Assembly (NCBI GenBank): GCA_963749075.1
Contig: CAVVLJ010000021.1
Span: 192,001 to 256,000, forward strand
Source of the DNA: an uncultured Pseudomonadota bacterium
GTDB lineage: Bacteria > Pseudomonadota > Alphaproteobacteria > JACZXZ01
Direction of reading: 5' to 3'
Length of the DNA stretch: 64,000 bases
Part shown: piece by piece, positions 29,569 through 42,460 of the stretch
Layout of the letters: every line of letters starts with the position of its first letter
How positions within the stretch are numbered: the first letter of the stretch is position 1
The notes under the pieces: model-generated
What the model was told of the DNA's origin: nothing
Seen by the model: only the letters and a program-made list of their open reading frames with translations
The model's database searches: none
Translations under genes and position numbers: made by a program

Positions 29569-30790
29569 ATGGCGAGCCGCAAGGGCACGCGCGTTCTCAT
29601 CTACAGTCACGATACTTTCGGCCTCGGCCATTTGCGGCGCTGCCGCACGCTTGCGCATTCCCTCGTCGAGCACCACAAGGACATGTCGGTGCTCATCCTC
29701 TCGGGCTCGCCCATCATCGGCAGCTTCGACTTCCGCGCGCGCGTCGATTTCGTGCGCGTGCCCGGCGTGATCAAGCTGCACAACGGCGAGTACACCTCGC
29801 TCAACCTCCACATCGACATCGCCGAGATGCTGGCCATGCGCTCGTCGATCATCCGCCACACGGCGGACAGCTTCGATCCCGACCTCTTCCTCGTCGACAA
29901 GGAGCCCTTGGGGCTGCGCGGCGAGATCGAGGACACGCTCGCCATGCTGAAGGCGCGCGGCGTGCCCCTCGTGCTGGGCCTGCGCGACGTGATGGACGAG
30001 CCCGCACTCCTGGCGCCCGAGTGGGAGCGCAAGAACGTGGTGCCGGCGCTCGCCGAGTTCTACGACGCCATCTGGATCTACGGCCTGCCGCAGATCTGCG
30101 ATCCGCTCGAAGGGATCGAGATACCCGAACTCGGTGCGTCACCGCACGGTCTATACCGGCTATCTCGAGCGCAGCGTGCCGAGCCATGGCACCCACATGG
30201 CGACGCGGCCGCGCCTCGAGGTGCCCTATCTCCTGGTGACGCCTGGCGGCGGCGGCGACGGCGAGGCGCTCGTGGATTGGGTGTTGCGCGCCTACGAGCA
30301 GCAGGAGGCCATGCCCCATCCGGCGCTCATCGTGCTCGGCCCCTTCATGCAGCCCGAGTGCCAGGCGGAGTTCGTCACCCGCGCGGGCCGCCTTGCCAAC
30401 ATCGAGATGATGACCTTCGATGCGCGCATGGAGACCCTCATCGAGGGGGCGGTGGGCGTCGTCGCCATGGGGGGCTACAACACCTTCTGCGAGATACTCT
30501 CCTTCGACAAGCCGGCGCTTATCGTGCCGCGCACCAAGCCGCGCCTCGAGCAGTACATCCGCGCCTCGCGCGCCCAGGAGCTCGGGCTGGTCTCGCTCCT
30601 CGTGGACGAGTACGACCGCGACCCCCAGGTGATGGCGACGGCGCTACGCCAGCTGCCGCAGCAGAACCGCCCCTCGGACGTGGTGGTGCCGGGCCTCCTC
30701 GACGGCCTCAGCAACGTCAACCGGCTGGTCGAGCGGCACCTGCGGGGACGCCACCCGCAGCGCGTCCCGATGGTCGCCGGTCCGGGCTAG
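29569..30790 (+). pseudogene. GT-B glycosyltransferase (YSHDTFGLGH type) split by a +1 frameshift near 30127-30130 (real lesion or assembly error)
   Basis: YSHDTFGLGHLRRC...LGLRDVMD in one frame, continuing VRHRTVYTGYL...TPGGGGDG...MGGYNTFCE in the +1 frame; removing one base restores ~406 aa. Confidence 0.75.
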
Positions 30791-30799
30791 AGCAGAGCC

Positions 30800-32086
30800 G
30801 TGCCGCCCACCGTCGCGGTCGTCGTCAAAGGCTATCCGCGCCTCTCCGAGACCTTCATCGCCCACGAGCTCGCCGCCCTCGAGCGCCGCGGCCTTGCCTT
30901 CGTCATCGCCTCGCTGCGCCGCCCGAGCGATCCCGCGGTGCATCCCGTGCATCGCGAGATCGCGGCACCCCTTCTCTATCTTCCCGAATATCTCCGCGAG
31001 GCGCCGCACCGCGTGCTCGCCGCCTGGCGCCGCGTGCGGCTGCTGCCCGGCTACGCCCGCGCCCGCGCCGCCTGGCTCGCCGATCTGGCCCGCGATCCCA
31101 CGCCCAACCGCGTGCGCCGCTTCGGCCAGGCGCTCGTCCTCGCCCACGAGCTGCCGCCGGGCATCGCCCGGCTCCACGCCCACTTCCTTCACACGCCCGC
31201 CTCGGTCGCGCGCTACGCGAGCCTCCTCATGGGCCTGCCGTGGAGCTGCTCGGCGCACGCCAAGGACATCTGGACGACGCCCGCCTGGGAGAAGCGCCGC
31301 AAGCTCGCGAGCCTCGACTGGCTCGTCACCTGCACCAGCACCGGCGCCGAGCATCTTGCCCATCTCGCCGCCGAGCCGCGCAAGGTCGAGCTCGTCTATC
31401 ACGGCCTCGATCTCGCGCGCTTCCCGCCGCCCTCCTCGCTCCGCCCGCCGCGCGACGGCGGCGATGCCGGCGACCCGGTCGTCATCCTCTCGGTCGGCCG
31501 CCTGGTCGCCAAGAAGGGCTATGGCGATCTCCTGGCAGCACTCGCCCGGCTGCCGGGCAGCCTCAACTGGCGCTTCGTCCATGTGGGCGGCGGGCCGCTT
31601 GCGGCGGCCCTCGAGGCCGAGGCGAGGCAGCGCGGCCTGGCGTCGCGCATCGCCTGGCGCGGGCCGCTCGCGCAGGACGCGGTGCTGGGGGAATACCGCC
31701 GCGCCGACCTCTTCGTGCTGGCGAGCCGCGTCGCGGCAAAGGGCGACAGGGACGGCCTGCCCAACGTGCTCCTCGAGGCGCAAAGCCAGGGCCTCGCCTG
31801 CCTCTCGACCACGGCGGGTGCTGCGGCCGAGCTCATCGAGCCGGAGGCGAGCGGCCTCCTGGCACCCGCGGGCGACGTGGAGGCGCTTGCGGCGCTCCTC
31901 GCCCGGCTCATCGCGCAACCGGCGCTGCGCCGACGCCTCGGCAGCGCCGGCAGCGCGCGGGTCGGACGGGACTTCACTAGCGAGCCGGGGATCGCCCGCA
32001 TCGCCGCCAAGTTCGGGCTTCCGGCGGAAGCGGCGGCCGAGAGCGGGCCGCCAATGCCATGCGCATTGCGTTCTATGCGCCGCTGA
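30800..32086 (+). CDS. Glycosyltransferase family 4
   Basis: KGYPRLSETFI, HAHFLHTP, SVGRLVAKKG, DGLPNVLLEA. Confidence 0.9.
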   Translation: MPPTVAVVVKGYPRLSETFIAHELAALERRGLAFVIASLRRPSDPAVHPVHREIAAPLLYLPEYLREAPHRVLAAWRRVRLLPGYARARAAWLADLARDPTPNRVRRFGQALVLAHELPPGIARLHAHFLHTPASVARYASLLMGLPWSCSAHAKDIWTTPAWEKRRKLASLDWLVTCTSTGAEHLAHLAAEPRKVELVYHGLDLARFPPPSSLRPPRDGGDAGDPVVILSVGRLVAKKGYGDLLAALARLPGSLNWRFVHVGGGPLAAALEAEARQRGLASRIAWRGPLAQDAVLGEYRRADLFVLASRVAAKGDRDGLPNVLLEAQSQGLACLSTTAGAAAELIEPEASGLLAPAGDVEALAALLARLIAQPALRRRLGSAGSARVGRDFTSEPGIARIAAKFGLPAEAAAESGPPMPCALRSMRR

Positions 32087-33198
32087 AGCCGCCCGACCAC
32101 CCCGTGCCCTCGGGCGATCGCCGCATCGGCCGCGCGCTCATGGCGGCGCTCGGCCTTGCCGGTCACGAGGTGGTGCTGGCGTCCAGGCTGCGCAGCTGGG
32201 ACGGCGCCGGCGATGCCGCCCGCCAGCGCCGCATCGCAGGCGCGGGTGCTGCCCGCGCGGCAGCCCTCCTCAGCCGCTACCGGATGCGGCCCGAGCTGCA
32301 GCCCGACCTCTGGCTCACCTATCACCTCTACCACAAGGCGCCCGACTGGCTCGGCCCGAGCGTCGCCGCAGGGCTCGCCATCCCTTATGTCGTCGTCGAG
32401 GCCTCGCTCGCCGAGAAGCGCCGGGAGGGGCCGTGGGCGGCGGGCCATGCCGCCGCCCGTGCCGCCATGGCTGCCGCCGACGTCCTCGTCAATCTCAACG
32501 GCGACGACCAGGAGGGACTGCTCGCCGCCCTCGGCGAAGAGGCGCCCTGCGTCCGCCTCGCTCCCTTCATCGCGACGGCACCCTTCGCGCAAGCCCCGCG
32601 GCAAAGGGCGAGCGTCGCCGAGCGCTACGGCCTCGACTCGGCACGGCCCTGGCTTCTTTCCGTGGCCATGATGCGGGAGGGCGCCAAGCTCGCCTCCTAC
32701 GGCGTGCTGGCCGCCGCACTCGGCGGGCTCGGCGATCTCCCTTGGCAGCTCCTCCTCGTGGGCGACGGTCCGGCGCGCGGCCGGGTGGAGGCGCTCTTCC
32801 GGCCGCTGGGGGAGGACCGCGTGCGCTTCCTCGGAGCACTTCCGGGTGCCGCTCTGCCGGCCATCTATCGCAGCGCCGACCTCTATCTCTGGCCGGCCAT
32901 CCATGAGGCTTTCGGGATGGCCTTCCTCGAGGCCCAGGCCGCCGGCCTTCCCGTGGTCGCCGGACGCGAGCGCGGCGTGCCCGAGGTGGTGCGCCATGGC
33001 GAGAGCGGGCTTCTGGTGCCGCCGGGCGATGCCGCCGCGTTTGCCGCCGCGGTGCGCCGCCTGCTCGGCGACGCCGAGCGGCGCAGCGCGCTCGGGCGCG
33101 GCGCACGCGACGTCGTTTTGCGCGGGCACGACATCGCCGCCGCCGCGGCCCGGCTCGACGGCATCCTCTGCCGCGTCATCGCAGGGCGCCGCAAGTGA
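32059..33198 (+). CDS. Glycosyltransferase family 4
   Basis: FYAPLKPPDHPVPSGDRR, EAFGMAFLEAQAAGLPVV (EX7E). Confidence 0.9.
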   Translation: MRIAFYAPLKPPDHPVPSGDRRIGRALMAALGLAGHEVVLASRLRSWDGAGDAARQRRIAGAGAARAAALLSRYRMRPELQPDLWLTYHLYHKAPDWLGPSVAAGLAIPYVVVEASLAEKRREGPWAAGHAAARAAMAAADVLVNLNGDDQEGLLAALGEEAPCVRLAPFIATAPFAQAPRQRASVAERYGLDSARPWLLSVAMMREGAKLASYGVLAAALGGLGDLPWQLLLVGDGPARGRVEALFRPLGEDRVRFLGALPGAALPAIYRSADLYLWPAIHEAFGMAFLEAQAAGLPVVAGRERGVPEVVRHGESGLLVPPGDAAAFAAAVRRLLGDAERRSALGRGARDVVLRGHDIAAAAARLDGILCRVIAGRRK

Positions 33199-33785
33199 CG
33201 CGCCTCGCCCTCATCCGCCACGCCGCGAGCGAGTGGAACGAGTGCGGCCTCATCCAGGGCACCTGCGACCCGCCGCTCAGCCCAAGGGGTGCTGCCGAGG
33301 CGGCGCGCTGGCGCGTGCCGGAGGAGCTCCGAGGCTTCCTCTGGGTGGCGAGCCCGCTGCTCCGTGCCGGCGCTACCGCCCGGCTTCTCCTCGGCTGCGA
33401 GGTGCCAGTCGAGCCGGCGCTCGCCGAGATGGCGTGGGGCGAATGGGAAGGCCGGCGCCTCGAGGATCTGCGCCGCGAGCTCGGCCCGGCCATGGCGGAG
33501 AACGAGGAGCGCGGGCTCGATTTCCGGCCGCCGGGCGGGGAAAGCCCGCGCGACGTCCAGCGCCGCCTGGCACCTTGGCTCGCGCGCGTGGCGCAGGACG
33601 GCCGCTCAATCGCGGCGGTGACCCACAAGGGCGTCATCCGCGCCGCCCTCGGCCTTGCCACCGGCTGGGATTTCCTCGGCAAGCCGCCGCAGCACCTCGC
33701 AGCGGCCTCGGCGCAGCTTTTCGAGCTCGACGGCGGCGGCGCTCCGCACCTCGTCAAGGCCAACATCCCGCTCGCAGCGCCATGA
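33195..33785 (+). CDS. Histidine phosphatase family protein
   Basis: LIRHAASEWN, SPLLRA, PPGGES, VTHKG. Confidence 0.88.
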   Translation: MTRLALIRHAASEWNECGLIQGTCDPPLSPRGAAEAARWRVPEELRGFLWVASPLLRAGATARLLLGCEVPVEPALAEMAWGEWEGRRLEDLRRELGPAMAENEERGLDFRPPGGESPRDVQRRLAPWLARVAQDGRSIAAVTHKGVIRAALGLATGWDFLGKPPQHLAAASAQLFELDGGGAPHLVKANIPLAAP

Positions 33786-34957
33786 GCTTCCGCGTCCTCT
33801 TCTATGTGCAGCATCTTCTCGGCATCGGCCATCTCGTGCGCGCGGCGCGGCTCGCCGGCGCCTTCGCGGCGGCCGGTGCGGACGTTGAGCTGGCATCGGG
33901 CGGCATGCCGGCAGCGCACCTTCCGCTCGGCGGCGCGCGCCTCGTCCAGCTCCCCCCGGCACGCAGCCGGGACGAGCGCTTCGGCGAGCTCGTCGACGCT
34001 TCCGGAGCGCCGCTCGGCGAGGCCTGGCGCCGCGCGCGATGCGAGCAGCTGCTCGCCCTCCTGGCCCGGCAGCGGCCCGACGTGCTGCTGCTCGAGATGT
34101 TTCCCTTCGGCCGCCGGCAGATGCGCTTCGAGCTTTTGCCGCTGCTTGCCGCGGCGCGCGCGCGGACGCCGCCTCCGCTCATCTTCGCCTCGGTGCGCGA
34201 CATCGTGCAGGGCCGGCGCAAGCCGGGCCGCGCCGAGGAGACCCTCGAGCTCGTCGAGAGCGCCTTCGATCTCGTGCTGGTGCACGGCGACCCGCGGCTC
34301 GTGCGCTTCGAGGAGAGCTTTCCCTTGGCAGCCGAGCTCGGCGAGCACCTCCGCTATACCGGCTACATCGCCTCGCACGCGGAGACGCGCGGCCGAGCGG
34401 GCGATCCGGGCTGGGACGAGGTGGTGGTCTCGGCGGGCGGCGGTGCCGTCGGCGAGGCGCTCCTTGCCGCAGCACTCGCAGCGCGGCCCCTCGGCAAGCT
34501 CGCGCGGGCGCGCTGGAGGCTGCTTGCCGGGCACAACCTGCCGGACGCAGCACTCGCGCGTCTCGCCGCGGCGGCCCCCGCGTCCGTGACGGTCGAGCGG
34601 GCGCGGCCGGACTTCAGCCGCCTCCTGGCCAATTGTCGAATTTCCGTCTCCCAGGCCGGCTATAATACCGTCATGGACATCGCCGCCGCCAACGCCCGCG
34701 CCGTGCTCGTTCCCTTTGCCGGCCCCGGCGAGACCGAGCAGGCGCTCCGCGCGGAGAAGCTCGCGGCGCACGGCCTGGTGCGCGTCCTTGCCGAGGGCGC
34801 GCTCACGCCCGAGCGCCTGGCGTGCGCGATCGACGAGGCGGACGGGATGCCGGCTCCCTCCTTTGCCTGGCTCGACAGCTCGGGCGCCGAGACCAGCGTG
34901 CGCATCGTGGCGGAGAGACTGGGGCGATGCCGCTCGCGCACGGCCGCCGAGCCGTGA
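33782..34957 (+). CDS. GT-B glycosyltransferase (GT28 C-terminal-like)
   Basis: YVQHLLGIGH, EMFPFGRR, VSAGGGAVG, SQAGYNT; ATGA overlap. Confidence 0.87.
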   Translation: MSFRVLFYVQHLLGIGHLVRAARLAGAFAAAGADVELASGGMPAAHLPLGGARLVQLPPARSRDERFGELVDASGAPLGEAWRRARCEQLLALLARQRPDVLLLEMFPFGRRQMRFELLPLLAAARARTPPPLIFASVRDIVQGRRKPGRAEETLELVESAFDLVLVHGDPRLVRFEESFPLAAELGEHLRYTGYIASHAETRGRAGDPGWDEVVVSAGGGAVGEALLAAALAARPLGKLARARWRLLAGHNLPDAALARLAAAAPASVTVERARPDFSRLLANCRISVSQAGYNTVMDIAAANARAVLVPFAGPGETEQALRAEKLAAHGLVRVLAEGALTPERLACAIDEADGMPAPSFAWLDSSGAETSVRIVAERLGRCRSRTAAEP

Positions 34958-35751
34958 GCGGCTGGCAGGCGCTCGAGCTTGAGCTTGCCGCCTGGCAGGC
35001 CGCGGGCAGGTGCGCCGGGCTGTGGTGGCGCGACGATGACGCGGTCGCGGCGACGCCGGCGCTGGCGCGGCTTCTCGCCGTGGCGCGGCGCGACCATGTC
35101 CCGCTGGCGCTCGCGGTCGTGCCGCTGCTGGCGGAGGACGGCCTCGCCAAGGCGATCGCCGGAGCACCTGTGACGCCCATCCAGCACGGCCTCGCCCATG
35201 CCAACCATGCGCCCGCCGGCGCGCGGAGCGCCGAGCTCGCTGCCGGCCGGCCGCGCGAGGACAATTTGCGCGACCTCGCGCGCGGCCGCCGGCGCATGGC
35301 GGCGCTGTTCGGCGCCAACACGCTCCCCGTGCTCGTGCCGCCATGGAACCGCATCGATGCCGCCCTCCTCCCGCACCTCCCCGGGCTCGGCTTTTGCGGC
35401 CTCTCGACCTTCGGCGCGCGCACGCACGCCTTCGCCGCCCCCGGCCTCCTCGAGGTCAATACCCATCTCGACATCATCGACTGGCGCGGCGGGCGCGGCT
35501 TCGTGGGCGAAGGCAAGGCGCTGGGCGAGCTCACGGCACACCTTCGCGCGCGCCGCTCGGGCGAAGTCGACGCCGATGAGCCGAGCGGGCTGCTCTCGCA
35601 TCACCTCGCCCATGACGCCGCCGCCTGGGGCTTCCTCGAGGAGCTCGTGGCGCGCGCCTCGGCTCATCCTGCCGTGCGCTGGCTCGCCGTGCGGGAGATC
35701 TTCGCGGGCGCCGAAAGCGCGGCGCCGCCCGTCGCGGCCGCGCGGCCGTGA
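34954..35751 (+). CDS. Polysaccharide deacetylase-like protein
   Basis: WWRDDDA, QHGLAH, VPPWNR, LSHH NodB-like motifs; GTGA overlap. Confidence 0.8.
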   Translation: MSGWQALELELAAWQAAGRCAGLWWRDDDAVAATPALARLLAVARRDHVPLALAVVPLLAEDGLAKAIAGAPVTPIQHGLAHANHAPAGARSAELAAGRPREDNLRDLARGRRRMAALFGANTLPVLVPPWNRIDAALLPHLPGLGFCGLSTFGARTHAFAAPGLLEVNTHLDIIDWRGGRGFVGEGKALGELTAHLRARRSGEVDADEPSGLLSHHLAHDAAAWGFLEELVARASAHPAVRWLAVREIFAGAESAAPPVAAARP

Positions 35752-36235
35752 CCATCCATCGCTATCCCGTCGGGGCGCTGCGCGGCGATTACCTGCGCGC
35801 CGGCTCGGGCTTCGTCCTCTCAGCGGCGCTTGCCGCCCTGGCGAGTGGACAGCCGGTCGCCACCGCGGTCCTCGGCGGTGCCGTTCTTCTCTTCCTCGCC
35901 TTTGGCATCCGCACCTTCTTGCGGCAACGCACCATCATCGAGCTCGGCGACGAAGGCGTATCGACCTCGGGCGGTCGTTGCGTTAATCTCGCTTGGCGCG
36001 AGCTCAGCGCAATCAAGCTGCGATACTACGCGACCAAGCGGGATCGCACGGGAGGCTGGATGCAACTCACCCTTGCGGCAGGCTGGCGGCGTCTCGCGGT
36101 CGAATCCACGCTCGACGGCTTCGCCGAGCTGGCGGGGCGCGCGACAGCGGCCGCGCGGGCCCAAGGGCTGAAGCTGGACGTCGCTACGGAGAACAACCTC
36201 TTAGCCTTGGGAATCAAGCCGGCCGCCGAAAGCGC

Positions 36236-36239
<4 letters not shown>
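35748..36239 (+). CDS. Hypothetical membrane protein (2 TM + soluble domain)
   Basis: Overlaps both neighbours by 4 nt; two N-terminal hydrophobic helices. Confidence 0.7.
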
Positions 36240-38121
<1,882 letters not shown>

Positions 38122-38125
<4 letters not shown>

Positions 38126-40059
38126 CCCGCGCCATCGCCGCCGCCCTCGCCCTGACCCTCCTCGTGGCGACCGGCGCCGCCCGCGCCTTCGACATGCAGG
38201 AGACGCCCTCCCTCCGCGCCGAAGTGGCGGCGGGCAAGCTGCCGCCGGTTGCCGAGCGGGCGCCGCAGGAGCCGCTTATCGTCGATCTCAAGAGCGAGGG
38301 CAAGAGGATCGGCCGGCCGGGCGGCATGCTGCACATCCTGATGGCGAGCGACAAGGACACGCGGCTCATGGTGGTCTACGGCTATGCGCGCCTGGTTGCC
38401 TTCAACGAGCAGTACGAGCTCGTGCCCGACATCCTCGCGAGCTACGACGTGGACGAGGGCCGCATCTTCACCTTTCATCTGCGCAAGGGCATGCGCTGGT
38501 CCGACGGCGTGCCCTTCACCAGCGAGGACTTCCGCTACTATTGGCAGGACGTGGCCAACAACAAGGAGCTGTCGCCCTTCGGCCTCACCCGCACGCTCCT
38601 CGTCGACGGCGAGCCGCCCACGGTCGAGTTCCCGGATGCCTATACCGTGCGCTACGGCTGGAAGAAGCCCAACCCGCTCTTCCTGCCGCAGCTTGCCGCC
38701 GCGACGCCGCTCGAGATCTTCATGCCGGCGCATTACTTGAAGCAGTTCAACGCGAAGTACACCGACCCCGAGAAGCTCAAGAAGCTCGCCAAGGCGGCCA
38801 AGCAGCGCAGCTGGGCAGCACTCCATACCTTGAGGAGCCACTCGTACAAGAACGACAATCCCGATCTGCCGACGCTCGAGCCCTGGGTGCTCACCACGCG
38901 GGCGCCGGCCGAGCGCTTCGTCTTCGTGCGCAACCCCTACTACTACCGCTTCGATTCCGCCGGCCACCAGCTGCCCTATATCGACAGCGTGGCGATGGAC
39001 ATCGTCGACAGCAAGCTGATCCCGCTCAAGACCGAGAGCGGCGAAACGGACCTCCAGGCGCGCTACCTGCGCTTCGACGACTACACCTTCCTCAAGCGCG
39101 GCGAGAAGGAGCACGACTACGCCGTGCGCCTGTGGCGGAGCGGCACGGGCTCCGAGCTCGCCCTCTATCCCAACCTCAACGTCAAGGACCCGGTGTGGCG
39201 CGCCGTGGTGCGCGACGTGCGCTTCCGCCGCGCGCTCTCCCTCGGCATCGACCGCCACGAGATCAACAAGGTCGTCTATTTCGGCCTCGGCACCGAGGGC
39301 AACAACACGGTGCTGCCGCAGAGCCCGCTCTTCAAGCCGGAGTATCAGAAGGAGTGGACGAACTTCGATCTCAAGGCGGCGAACGCGCTCCTCGGCGAGA
39401 TGGGCCTCGTCAAGCGCGACGACCGCGGGGTGCGCCTCCTGCCCGACGGGCGCCCCATGGAGATCGTGGTCGAGACCGCCGGCTCGTCGACCGAGCAGAC
39501 CGACGTGCTGCAGCTCATCCACGATACCTGGGAGGAGCTCGGCCTGCGCCTCTTCATCAAGCCCTCCCAACTCGAGGTGTTCCGCAACCGTATCTTCGCA
39601 GGCGAGACCCTGATGGCGATCGCGGGCGGGCTCGACGACGGGGTGCCGGTCGCGGACATCAGCCCGGCCGAGCTGGCGCCCACGGACGAAGAGCAGCTGC
39701 AATGGCCGAAGTGGGGCGATTATTACGACTCCCACGGCAAGACCGGCGAGTCCCCCGATCTGCCGGCTGCCCAGGAGCTCTTGACGCTCAACAAGCGCTG
39801 GGGCATCTCGGACAGCAAGGCAGAGCGCATGGGCATCTGGCAGCGCATGCTGGAGATCAACGCCGAGCAGCAGTTCACCATCGGCCTCGTGTCGGAGGTG
39901 CCGCAGCCGGTCGTGGTCAATAACCACTTGAAGAACGTGCCCCAGAACGCCGTCTTCAGCTGGGAGCCGGGCGCGCATTTCGGGATGTACAGGCCGGACA
40001 GCTTCTGGTTCGACAACGCGCCCGCGGAGACCGCGGCGCTCACGGGCGGCAAGCCCTGA
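38122..40059 (+). CDS. ABC importer substrate-binding protein, family 5
   Basis: Signal peptide, GKLPPVAER, LRKGMRWSDGVPFTSED, RNPYY, FRRALSLGIDR. Confidence 0.92.
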
Positions 40060-40092
40060 CGGCGGGCGTCTAACGGTGAGGGGGCTGCGCTC

Positions 40093-41091
40093 ATGCTAGG
40101 CTATATCGTGCAGCGAATCCTGATCATGATCCCGACGCTGCTCGCCATCAGCATCATCGTCTTCGTCATCATCCAGGCGCCGCCCGGCGACTATCTCTCG
40201 AGCTACGTCGCCGAGCTGGAGAGCCAGGGCGAGTCGGTCGATCAGCAGAAGATCCAGTTCCTGCGCACGCAGTACGGACTGGACCAGCCGCTCTTCAAGC
40301 AATATTACGTCTGGCTCACCGGCATGCTGCATGGCGATTTCGGCTACTCGTTCGAGTACAACCTGCCGGTCACCAAGGTGGTGGGCGACCGCCTCACGCT
40401 CTCCATCATCGTCTCGTTCACGACGATCCTCTTCGTCTGGGTCGTGTCCTTCCCCATCGGCGTCTATTCGGCGACGCACCAGTACAGCTTCGGCGACTAC
40501 GGTCTCACGTTCCTCGGCTTCCTCGGCCTCGCCACGCCCAATTTCCTCCTCGCCCTCGTGCTGCTCTACGTCGCCAACAGCTGGTTCGGCGTCTCGGTCG
40601 GCGGCCTCATGGCCGAGAATTTTCTCGGCCAGCCGTGGAGCTGGGCCAAGCTCGCGTCCGTGCTGGCGCACCTTTGGATACCGGTCATCGTGATCGGCAC
40701 CTCTGGCACCGCCGGCATGATCCGCCGGCTGCGCGCCAACCTGCTCGACGAGCTGCAGAAGCAATATGTGGTGACGGGGCGCGCCAAGGGCCTGCCGCCG
40801 CGGCGGCTCCTCCTCAAATATCCCTTGCGCATGGCGCTCAATCCCTTCATCGCCGACATCGGCAACATCCTGCCGCAAATCATCTCGGGCGCCGCCATCA
40901 CCTCGATCGTGCTGTCGCTGCCCACGACGGGGCCCATGCTGCTCCAGGCGCTGCGCAGCCAGGACATGTATCTCGCCGGCTCCTTCCTCATGTTCCTCGC
41001 CACGCTCACGGTGTTCGGCGTGCTGCTCTCGGACCTGCTGCTCGCCCTTCTCGACCCGCGCATCCGGCTGCAGGGCGGGACGACGCGATGA
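40093..41091 (+). CDS. ABC importer permease (OppB-like)
   Basis: PPGD, YGLDQP, RAKGL EAA loop, LDPRIR. Confidence 0.93.
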   Translation: MLGYIVQRILIMIPTLLAISIIVFVIIQAPPGDYLSSYVAELESQGESVDQQKIQFLRTQYGLDQPLFKQYYVWLTGMLHGDFGYSFEYNLPVTKVVGDRLTLSIIVSFTTILFVWVVSFPIGVYSATHQYSFGDYGLTFLGFLGLATPNFLLALVLLYVANSWFGVSVGGLMAENFLGQPWSWAKLASVLAHLWIPVIVIGTSGTAGMIRRLRANLLDELQKQYVVTGRAKGLPPRRLLLKYPLRMALNPFIADIGNILPQIISGAAITSIVLSLPTTGPMLLQALRSQDMYLAGSFLMFLATLTVFGVLLSDLLLALLDPRIRLQGGTTR

Positions 41092-42266
41092 GTGCCGCCG
41101 AGGATCGCCTGGAGGCCGAGCGGCTCGCCCATTACGTCTCGCCCGAGCCCTTCGACCCCTACGCCATCGAGGCGATGGCGCCCGGCCAGGAGCGCTACTA
41201 TCTCGCCGGCCAGTGGCGCCTCATGTGGTGGAAGCTGCGCCGCCACCGCCTGGCCGTGGTCTCCGGCGCCTTTCTCCTGTTGATCTATTCCTCGATCCTG
41301 ATCAGCGAGATCCTCGCCCCCTACAACCTGCAGACGCGCCACACGGACTTCCTCTACGCGCCGCCCCAGGCGCTGCACCTCTTCGACGGCAGCCGCTTCG
41401 TCGGGCCCTTCGTCTACGGCCTCGACGCCAGCCTCGACATGGAGACCCTGCGCTGGGTCTATACGCCCAACCCCGCCAAGGTGGAGCGCCTGCGCTTCTT
41501 CTGCCTGGGCGACGGCTACCGCTTCTGGAGCTTCGTCCCGGGGCGCTTCCATCTCGTCTGCCCGGCGGAGGGCGGCACGCTCTTCTTGCTCGGCACCGAC
41601 CGGCTCGGGCGCGACATGCTCTCGCGCATCGTCTACGGCGCCCGCATCTCGCTCACCATCGGGCTCATCGGCATCAGCATCAGCTTTCTCCTGGGCCTGA
41701 CGTTCGGCGGGCTCGCGGGCTATTACGGCGGCTGGATCGACAGCCTGATCCAGCGCCTCATCGAGGTGATCCGCTCGTTCCCCGAGCTGCCGCTGTGGAT
41801 GGCGCTCTCGGCGGTGCTGCCGGTGACCTGGAGCCCGGCGCTGATCTATTTCGGCATCACCATCATCTTGGGCCTCATCGACTGGACGGGCCTCGGGCGC
41901 GCCGTGCGCTCGAAGCTCCTGGCGCTGCGCGAGGAGGATTTCTGCACCGCGGCGATCCTCATGGGAGCACGTCCGCGCCGCGTCATCGCACGGCACTTGC
42001 TGCCGAGCTTCATGAGCCACCTCATCGCCTCCGCGACCCTCTCGATCCCCAACATGATCCTCGGCGAGACGGCGCTGAGCTTCCTCGGCCTCGGCCTTAG
42101 GCCGCCCATCACGAGCTGGGGCGTGCTCTTGAACGAGGCGCAGAACATCAACGCAGTCGCCGTCTATCCCTGGATCATGCTGCCCGTGGCGCCGGTGATC
42201 CTCGTGGTGCTCGCCTTCAATTTCCTCGGCGACGGCCTCAGGGACGCGGCGGACCCGTATCGCTGA
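41088..42266 (+). CDS. ABC importer permease (OppC-like)
   Basis: LGTDRLGRD, ETALSFLGLG, FNFLGDGLRDAADP. Confidence 0.93.
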   Translation: MSAAEDRLEAERLAHYVSPEPFDPYAIEAMAPGQERYYLAGQWRLMWWKLRRHRLAVVSGAFLLLIYSSILISEILAPYNLQTRHTDFLYAPPQALHLFDGSRFVGPFVYGLDASLDMETLRWVYTPNPAKVERLRFFCLGDGYRFWSFVPGRFHLVCPAEGGTLFLLGTDRLGRDMLSRIVYGARISLTIGLIGISISFLLGLTFGGLAGYYGGWIDSLIQRLIEVIRSFPELPLWMALSAVLPVTWSPALIYFGITIILGLIDWTGLGRAVRSKLLALREEDFCTAAILMGARPRRVIARHLLPSFMSHLIASATLSIPNMILGETALSFLGLGLRPPITSWGVLLNEAQNINAVAVYPWIMLPVAPVILVVLAFNFLGDGLRDAADPYR

Positions 42267-42300
42267 AGAGGCAGTCATTTCGCGGCGGCGACGCAATCAG

Positions 42301-42460
42301 TGCTCTCCTCCTTCGGGAGGCTAAGGGAGTCACACAAATCCGAAAATCGCTGGCAAATCATGGCGCGGCGCGGCGCGGAGACGCGTCGGACGAGCTGTGG
42401 CGGGTCGCACTGCAAGTCTCCTCGAGATGTGTGAATGCCATAGCTGAAGGAGGAGAGGCA
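42301..42460. repeat. Long imperfect inverted repeat (rod-like structured element) between convergent genes
   Basis: ctctcctccttc 42303-42314 / gaaggaggagag 42446-42457; tcacaca 42330-42336 / tgtgtga 42428-42434; ggagac 42377-42382 / gtctcc 42416-42421. Confidence 0.6.

Noticed and set aside
29569-31980. 803-aa ORF as a single fusion protein
   Set aside because: Only the first ~187 aa are GT-like; the rest is out-of-frame read-through over two real coding regions
40566-42296. Antisense ORF preceded by a strong SD (GAAGGAGGAG) from the inverted repeat
   Set aside because: Fully overlaps two permease genes on the opposite strand and has no protein-like features; the SD is better explained as a repeat arm
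42301-42460. 6S RNA call for the rod-like element
   Set aside because: Length fits, but the symmetric central bubble and the usual zapA / 5-formyl-THF cyclo-ligase context are missing; kept only as an unassigned structured element
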